Below, one piece after another: positions 49,601 through 55,474 of a stretch of DNA of 55,474 nt; the first letter of the stretch is position 1, and each line of letters begins with the position of its first letter. Location of the stretch: positions 26,902,091 to 26,957,564 of the forward strand of contig NC_068997.1 of assembly GCF_001194135.2 (NCBI RefSeq), written 5' to 3'. The notes under the pieces are model-generated. The model was not told the origin of the DNA. It saw nothing but the letters and a program-made list of their open reading frames with translations, and searched no databases. Source of the stretch: Octopus bimaculoides (taxonomy: Eukaryota). Position numbers and translations under genes: made by a program.

Positions 49601-51676
49601 CCCATGCCAGCATGAAAAACGAACGTTAGATGATGATGTTGATGACAACTCCCAGATTCACTCTCACCCAAAACGGTAGTATGTGCCAAGGGTCCCAGAA
49701 GATGGTCCTGTTGCTAAGGCATACAGGACTTGGATGAGGACTGGTTCTCAAGGTATGTAACACCCAGGCCCAACAATGTGTAAACATATTCTGATGTCAC
49801 ATAAACTATTTTCCTGCTTAAGGGTTAATAGGCCCTGTGTTTAGTGGGTTCGAGGGTAAGCTTGAGAAAGCAGGAGACTAGCAGAATAAATTGTAAATAA
49901 ACAAGTAGAAGGTAATGAAAATCTTTCCCAAGAAAAATCACAAATCATCAGCCTTTGGCACATAGGTCCATGATCACTGCTGCTTGTAGGCATGGCACAA
50001 GAAAGAAGTGGAATGAGAGAGAAAAAGAGAGTATAGTTAAGTAAATATCATACAATTACAACCACAACTACATCTGTCATACAACCAATGCCATATTTAC
50101 ATTAAATATATCAGTCATACTGACACTACATAATCATAAATTTGAAGGTAAGTCAAAAATTATTCGCATTTTTGCTGAGAGTTTCTTTAGGCTGGCTCCC
50201 ACTGCCTTCAGCACTCATGTACTAAAAGGTGGTACTTTTGAGGTTGTGTAACTGAGGTTTGACCTTAATCACTCCACTGTCAGGGTGCACCAAGGAAGAA
50301 TAGATCAGTGATCTGATTTCTCATCTGGAGATGTGTCAGGGGTTAAAATTTATTGCAGGCTTTCAGTACAATACAAGGACAGTGCTCTACCACATAGAAG
50401 TATGTATGAGTGGAAGAAAGAAATTCAAGACTCAACTTTCTGCAGAAAAGGTGATGCTCACCATTTTTTGGGATAGAAAAGAGTCTATACTGGACATTTA
50501 CCTGGAAAAAGGGTCTATAGTCACCAGTGTAGCTTACAATAAAATGCTGGGCAAAAAAATCAAATGAATTTTTAAAAAATATATGTGTTTGATCTCCTAT
50601 ATATTTGCTTTTGGATAAAAATAGACGAGAAGTTATTTTATAAAATATCAACCAGTGTTTTAAATAAATAGCTTTAACATTGGCTTGTATAACACAAAAT
50701 TTGTAATGGAAGAGAGTAAAAAATCTATAGGCAACACATAATAATGAAACATTGTACATTTACACAGCACATTGATTCTACATGCCTCAGTTCACTTAGC
50801 TGTACAAAATAGGTAACAGGTTTTTTGGAATTACCATTTGTGACAGACTGGCATCTGTGCATGATATCTTGAGGTATGCAATTATTTGTTGTTTAGCCTT
50901 AATTCAGGCCTAAAACAACAGACCTATAGTGAAAGGTAATCCATCTGTGACCATACTATCTTCTTTTTATAACAGGTACTACATTGTCCAATATAGTAAC
51001 GCTTTAGTAATGCTTTACTGAATACACACACACACTCACACATATATTTGCTTTCATCCTATGTTAAATAAAGAATAATCCAGAGATATTAGGCGCAGGC
51101 ATGGCTATGTGGTTAAGAAGCCTACTTTGCAGCCATGTGGTTTTGGGTTCAGTCCCAATGCATGGCATCTTCAGCAATTATCTTCTACTATATCTCCAGA
51201 CCAACCAATCAATGTCTTGTGAGTGAATTTGTATATGTGTGTGAGGGTGTGTTTGTCTTTGTCCCCTCCCCACCATTGCTTGACAACTGATGTTGATTTG
51301 TTTATGACTCCATAACTTAGCAGTTCAGCAAAAGAGACCAACAGAATAAGAATTAGACTTTGAAAATAAGTACTAGGGGTTATTTGTTTGACTAAACTCT
51401 TCAAGACATTTGGCTGAAAGTACAAGATTCTACACTGCACTGGATGCCTGTCCATCTCAGAATTAATCTTTAAGCGTTACTGGTGCTAATTTATTATTTA
51501 AGAAGTGAAGACTGTATGCCAACACTGAAAGAACAGATTACAACAAGACAGAGGAAGAATGAAGTTTAACACTTACACAAAATCTCTCATTAAAGTATGG
51601 GATCCACTGGCCATAGCCTTAAATTCAACACCATCTAAATCGCTTTCTTCAGGAAGACACCATTCAATCATGTTAC
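40641..51676 (-). CDS. DENND11: DENN domain-containing protein 11 (KIAA1147/LCHN family), 8 coding exons, 5'-incomplete
   Basis: Spliced translation GNMIEWCLP...[12 protein letters not shown]...[14 protein letters not shown]...PEMKITHPAGC...FYVNIADIE...CTTEKIFE...[11 protein letters not shown]...[11 protein letters not shown]...GLDPIGDR...DNPCCPK* matches my recall of human KIAA1147/DENND11; all introns GT-AG and in phase; 1145 nt. Confidence 0.96.
43161..43229 (-). CDS. DENND11: DENND11 exon
   Basis: (R)[22 protein letters not shown]; tatag / gtatgt; 69 nt, phase 2-2. Confidence 0.88.
43960..44255 (+). mobile_element. Degenerate RTE/BovB-like LINE C-terminal fragment
   Basis: GGQKP*YKDVLKR and terminal [17 protein letters not shown] resemble the RTE ORF2 end. 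Confidence 0.55.
45272..45422 (-). CDS. DENND11: DENND11 exon
   Basis: (C)[22 protein letters not shown]...[11 protein letters not shown]; gtcag / gtcagt; 151 nt. Confidence 0.96.
45589..45714 (-). CDS. DENND11: DENND11 exon
   Basis: (V)[41 protein letters not shown]; ttcag / gtaagt; 126 nt. Confidence 0.96.
46203..46341 (-). CDS. DENND11: DENND11 exon
   Basis: [46 protein letters not shown]; tccag / gtaaga; 139 nt. Confidence 0.96.
46865..47066 (-). CDS. DENND11: DENND11 exon
   Basis: (R)[23 protein letters not shown]...EFLPEMK; tccag / gtcagt; 202 nt. Confidence 0.94.
47500..48010. repeat. Degenerate minisatellite, ~25-bp unit
   Basis: gaccccatcatgtaccaacagggaga-like unit repeated roughly 20 times with gradual divergence. 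Confidence 0.75.
48771..48854. repeat. 17-bp tandem repeat x5 (aggagttgagaggttaa)
   Basis: Five nearly identical copies, one substitution in copy 2, last copy one base short. Confidence 0.93.
49037..49195 (-). CDS. DENND11: DENND11 exon
   Basis: (V)[52 protein letters not shown]; tacag / gtaagt; 159 nt. Confidence 0.96.
50141..50567 (+). mobile_element. Mariner transposase relic with internal deletion
   Basis: TIR-like gaaggtaagtcaaaaattattcgca; N-terminal CTKEE...[25 protein letters not shown] followed almost directly by [19 protein letters not shown]...[12 protein letters not shown]. Confidence 0.85.
51090..51410 (+). mobile_element. tRNA-derived SINE family A (representative copy)
   Basis: tRNA-like head ggcgcaggcatggct.tgtggttaagaag with B-box-like gggttcagtccc, then a gcaagtgtcttctactat body. 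Related copies (approximate): 4086-4230(-), 17150-17330, 19305-19710, 23900-24262, 25625-25770, 27450-27612(-), 42745-42875, 46545-46790(-), 52115-52250(-). Confidence 0.82.
51577..51676 (-). CDS. DENND11: DENND11 exon (first found)
   Basis: (G)[32 protein letters not shown]; tgtag / gtaagt; 100 nt. Confidence 0.95.
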
Positions 51677-53138
51677 CTACAAGAAGTGAAAAAATATATT
51701 CCAAAACACTAAAAAAAAAAAGTTAAACAAACAAATACATAAATAAAAACAAGAAATTTGTCATCGGCACCACCATAGTCAAATTTTGTTGGGTCTTTGG
51801 ACTAAAAATTCTGTATTCCTACTGCCACATCAATGCTATTTGAAATTTCCTAGTTAATGAATAAATACAATATATATATACATATTAATCAAAATCCCTG
51901 TATTATTACAATACGATTAATTCTACATAGCCCCCAGTTCACTAAGTTGTAGAGAAGAGGGAACAGACTTTTCTGAAATTGTTATGTGTGGATGGTTTGA
52001 CATGATTTGACAAATCAGAGGTTGCATGATGCTCATTAAGAACATTAGCTGATATTCACACAATGCAAGCGCACTTCTGCCTACACGGTTCCAAAGTTGA
52101 TCATGACTACAAACCCAATTTCAAATCCATTCACGAGGTTTTGGGATGGTTTGGAGTTATAGAAGATATTTGCTCAAGGTATTATGCAGTGGGACTGAAC
52201 CTAATATTATGTGATTAGGAAATAAATCTCTTAACTACACAGCTATAACTGCAAATACAGCTTTTCAGTTACTGGAGTTCAACAAATAACCATCATCAAA
52301 AAGAGGTCTTAGTTGCACATTACAAAGAGACTATCATTTCTCTAAAACTACTGAACTTTCAGAAGGAAAAAACAGAAGAAATATTAGCATTGGAATGATG
52401 GCTAAATTTTGTATGAGTAAAGAAATACAATAAGTAAATACATTAATCTATTATTTATTGCATTTGTTTGTTTTTACTCTTTTTTTTAATATCCTGTTTC
52501 TTCNNNNNNNNNNNNNNNNNNNNNNNNNNNNNNNNNNNNNNNAGAAATCTCAGTCATCATTGATGAAATCTTATATCAACATCACCACTATTGTCATCAC
52601 TTAAAAGACTACCATTGTCAATACTACACCCTCTACTGTATTTGCATATACACATGTGGTTGGTTAGATATGTTTACACAGACACATACAAACCCAAACA
52701 CACACATACATATTACAGTCCTGGAACAAATATCTAGCAAGCTTAGGACCAGAAGTGTTCTGAATTTCTGGATTTTATGGTTTTGTGAAGAGAGTCTAAG
52801 TATACACTTAAAATATAAAATAAACTATGTTAAGGACAAAATTGTATTTAGCAGATTCAAATTAATACATTTCTAAACCAGGGCCTATTTGATATTTAAT
52901 AGCAAACTTAAAATATATCCTTACTGTATCATATATACAGTATAATGTTTCTAGGATGAAAACTGAATAAAAAAAAAAGTGAAGAATATGGTACAAACTT
53001 TTGACTAAGTTATTCCAGATATCTACAATCCATTACTGGATCAATTTATTGGTTTGTTGATGCTTATATCTTTTGTGGATAGGACTGTAGCCCTCTCATC
53101 AAATTTCTCAGTAAGGGTATCCCTAAATCCTTTCACAT

Positions 53139-54103
53139 GGTCAGAAATTTAAGGATATCCTTACCAAGAAATTTGATGAGAGGGAGGAGCTACAGTCCTG
53201 TGACATAGAAGGCAGCTGGGAATTCCTGCAAGACAGCTTGCTGAGTGCTACAGATTTGGTCTGTGGCTGGTGCAAAATCTCTTCCAGACCTAAGGTAACA
53301 TGGTGGCGGAACAATACTGTAGACAGAGCCATTAGAGCTAAGAAACAAGCCTGGAAGAGTGGAGGTAGCAGGGTACTGTATCAGATAGCCAAAAGGGAAG
53401 CTAGGAGACAGGTATATATAGCCAAGGGAGTAGCAGAAAAGTGTGTGAGAGAAAACCGTGATGTCATAGGAGAGAAATGTGTCTGCATGGATGATGGTGC
53501 CCTTGTGTTTAATGATTCTGCAAAGTAAGAGGCTTGGAGATGCCATTATGAAAGACTGCTGAATGTGGAGAATGAGTGGGAGGAAGAGAGTCTGCTACAG
53601 GTTGACCCAATTGAGGGACCAGCGACCTGAATTGACAGTACCCTGGTAGATAAAGCAATTAAGGATATGAAGACAAAGAAAGCACCTGGCCCACCAGGAA
53701 TCACCACTGAGATGCTCAAAATATCGGGTGGCGTGGGTTATAGTCTTGTCACCTGCATCGTAAATCAGGTAGTTCATGAAAGAGTCATACCCAATGACTG
53801 ATGTAGCAGCACCATAGTCAACTGCTACAAAGGTAAAGGTGATGCTTTAGACAGGAATAACTACAGGGGTATCAAATTGTTGGATCAGGTGATGAAAGTT
53901 ACAGAGAGGGTCATAGCCCAACTAATTAGGGAGAGAGTTAGCCTAAATGAGATGCATTTAGATTTTGTGCCAAGCAGAAGCACCACTGATGCTATATTTC
54001 TGGTAAGGTAACTATCTAGCCAAAGATAAACCTCTGTACTTGGCTTTTATTGACTTGGAGAAAACCTTTGACAGGGTCCCCCATTCCCTTATCTGGGAGT
54101 CGA
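53139..54103 (+). mobile_element. RTE-clade LINE ORF2 fragment (linker plus N-terminal reverse transcriptase), disrupted
   Basis: Reads KVTWWRNN...KAPGPPGITTEMLK...YKGKGDALDRNNYRGIKLL...STTDAIFLVR / LAFIDLEKTFDRVP; several in-frame stops and a frameshift; breaks off before YADD. Confidence 0.93.
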
Positions 54104-54295
54104 TGCCAGGTCTGCCTGACTGGCTCCTGTGCCAGTGGCACATAAAAAGCACCATCCAAACGTTGTTGAGGCCAATGCCTCCTGACTGGCTCCCATGCCA
54201 GTGGCATGTAAAAAGCACTATCCAAACATGATCAATGCCAGGGCCGCTTGACTGGCTCCTGTGCTGGTGGCACATAAAAAGCACCATCTGAACAT
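54103..54295 (+). repeat. Three ~65-bp tandem units (tgactggctcc...gtggcac.taaaaagcaccatc) joined to the truncated RT
   Basis: Three diverged direct copies are visible; the same gtgccacgtaaaaagcac motif recurs at 1553-1570 and 49440-49480. Confidence 0.75.
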
Positions 54296-54422
54296 TATAG
54301 AAAATTTTAAAGTCTTTAAATTAAATATGAGACCCTCCCATATTTAGATATATGCATACACACATGTATTTTTTATTATGTGTGTGCGTGTGTGACAAAA
54401 TCAATAAGATATTGGATAACCC

Positions 54423-54490
<68 letters not shown>

Positions 54491-55474
54491 GAGTGACAGA
54501 GACAGACAGACAGGCATTCTCCTGTTACCAGTGCTATCAAGAATAATAAAAATACATTATAGAATTTCTTTTACACTTCAACAGTTTGGCTATATTTAGC
54601 TAGTTCTTTGTTTATATTATATACTTTATTATATCTATTGATTAGCATTATTTGTTCGTCACTGAAGACTGTGCCTTTGGATTCATCACTTGTACGATCT
54701 TTCTGGTAACAATGCCTGTTAACATTATTTCAGTTGTCTGTTTTATAAATATATCTTCCTCAGATGTCAGTTATATTTAGCTGGGTCTAAGAATTCATTT
54801 GCAGAAACAACAACAAACAACAACCTTAAAGAATGAAGAAGATATTGAAGATTGAAAAAAAAAAAGAAAAACAAAAAAAAAAGATAAAGAAAGAAACCAC
54901 CACCATATCTGTTTCTCCAACACTACCACCCCACATTACACATTTGGCAAACACAGAATTGTTGATTAAATAACAAAAGCTTTTCTAACAGACATTGTAT
55001 TTAGGTAGAACCAGCCGATTCTTCATTTCTGCACGTGATTCAATATTTTGTAAACGATTATATTTACAATGCAATGCACTTTATTGTTATGAATGAAATG
55101 ATGAAAATTTATTTCCCCCACACCATATTATCAATGTATAAAACAATGCAAATAGTTTTTTTCTTTTTTTTTTGGTTGGCTGTGTTAAATTAGTGAAGAT
55201 AGTTTGGGTACGTAATTTAATCAGGATTTTATATTTAGCACAAGTAATAGTTGTGAATTGGAAGAATCAGAAGTGCAAGGAACAAGATAGCATATTGTAG
55301 TATTTAGATTGCATCCATTTACAATTCTGAGTTCAAGTCCTGCTGAGGTCAACTTTGCCTGACATGCCTCCAGGGTCAATAAAATAAAGTACCGGTTAAG
55401 TACTCGACTTTGTAAAGTGGTTGGCATTAGGAAGGTCATCCAGCCACAGATATATATATATATATATATATATA

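Noticed and set aside
51090-51160. tRNA-like heads of SINEs as extra tRNA genes
   Set aside because: No complete cloverleaf; they continue into repeat bodies.
51677-55474. Search for the DENND11 first coding exon (VAVFVVTFD-like)
   Set aside because: No matching segment found; presumed to lie beyond the window end.

Overview
AT-rich eukaryotic genomic DNA with long (AT)n/(AC)n microsatellites, six N-gaps and a dense SINE/LINE/MITE landscape. The repeat landscape suggests an octopod cephalopod; this is an inference from pattern recognition, not a database result. Both ends terminate in (AT)n, so the window may be a whole small scaffold. I reconstructed two spliced minus-strand genes by hand, with GT-AG junctions and consistent phases throughout. 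(1) Rotatin (RTTN): ATG at 29375, 24 coding exons down to 2116, 3461 nt (about 1153 codons), 3'-incomplete. (2) DENND11/KIAA1147/LCHN: 8 coding exons 51676..40641, about 380 codons, ending NPCCPK*, first coding exon not found in the window. An intact tRNA-Thr(TGT) lies on the plus strand at 597-669. Mobile DNA includes RTE-type and L2/CR1-type LINE relics, Tc1 and mariner fragments, a hAT-type MITE with a perfect 8-bp TSD, piggyBac-type TTAA MITEs, a 28-bp-TIR element and many tRNA-derived SINEs. The most unusual signals are a type-I hammerhead-ribozyme-like motif capping a long hairpin in RTTN intron 1 (two core substitutions, probably a dead relic), a near-perfect 65-nt hairpin in RTTN intron 13, inverted repeat pairs next to exons, and an intronic minisatellite that copies an exon-donor junction. 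I found no convincing evidence of a new protein-coding system. Most listed six-frame ORFs are gap or microsatellite artefacts.
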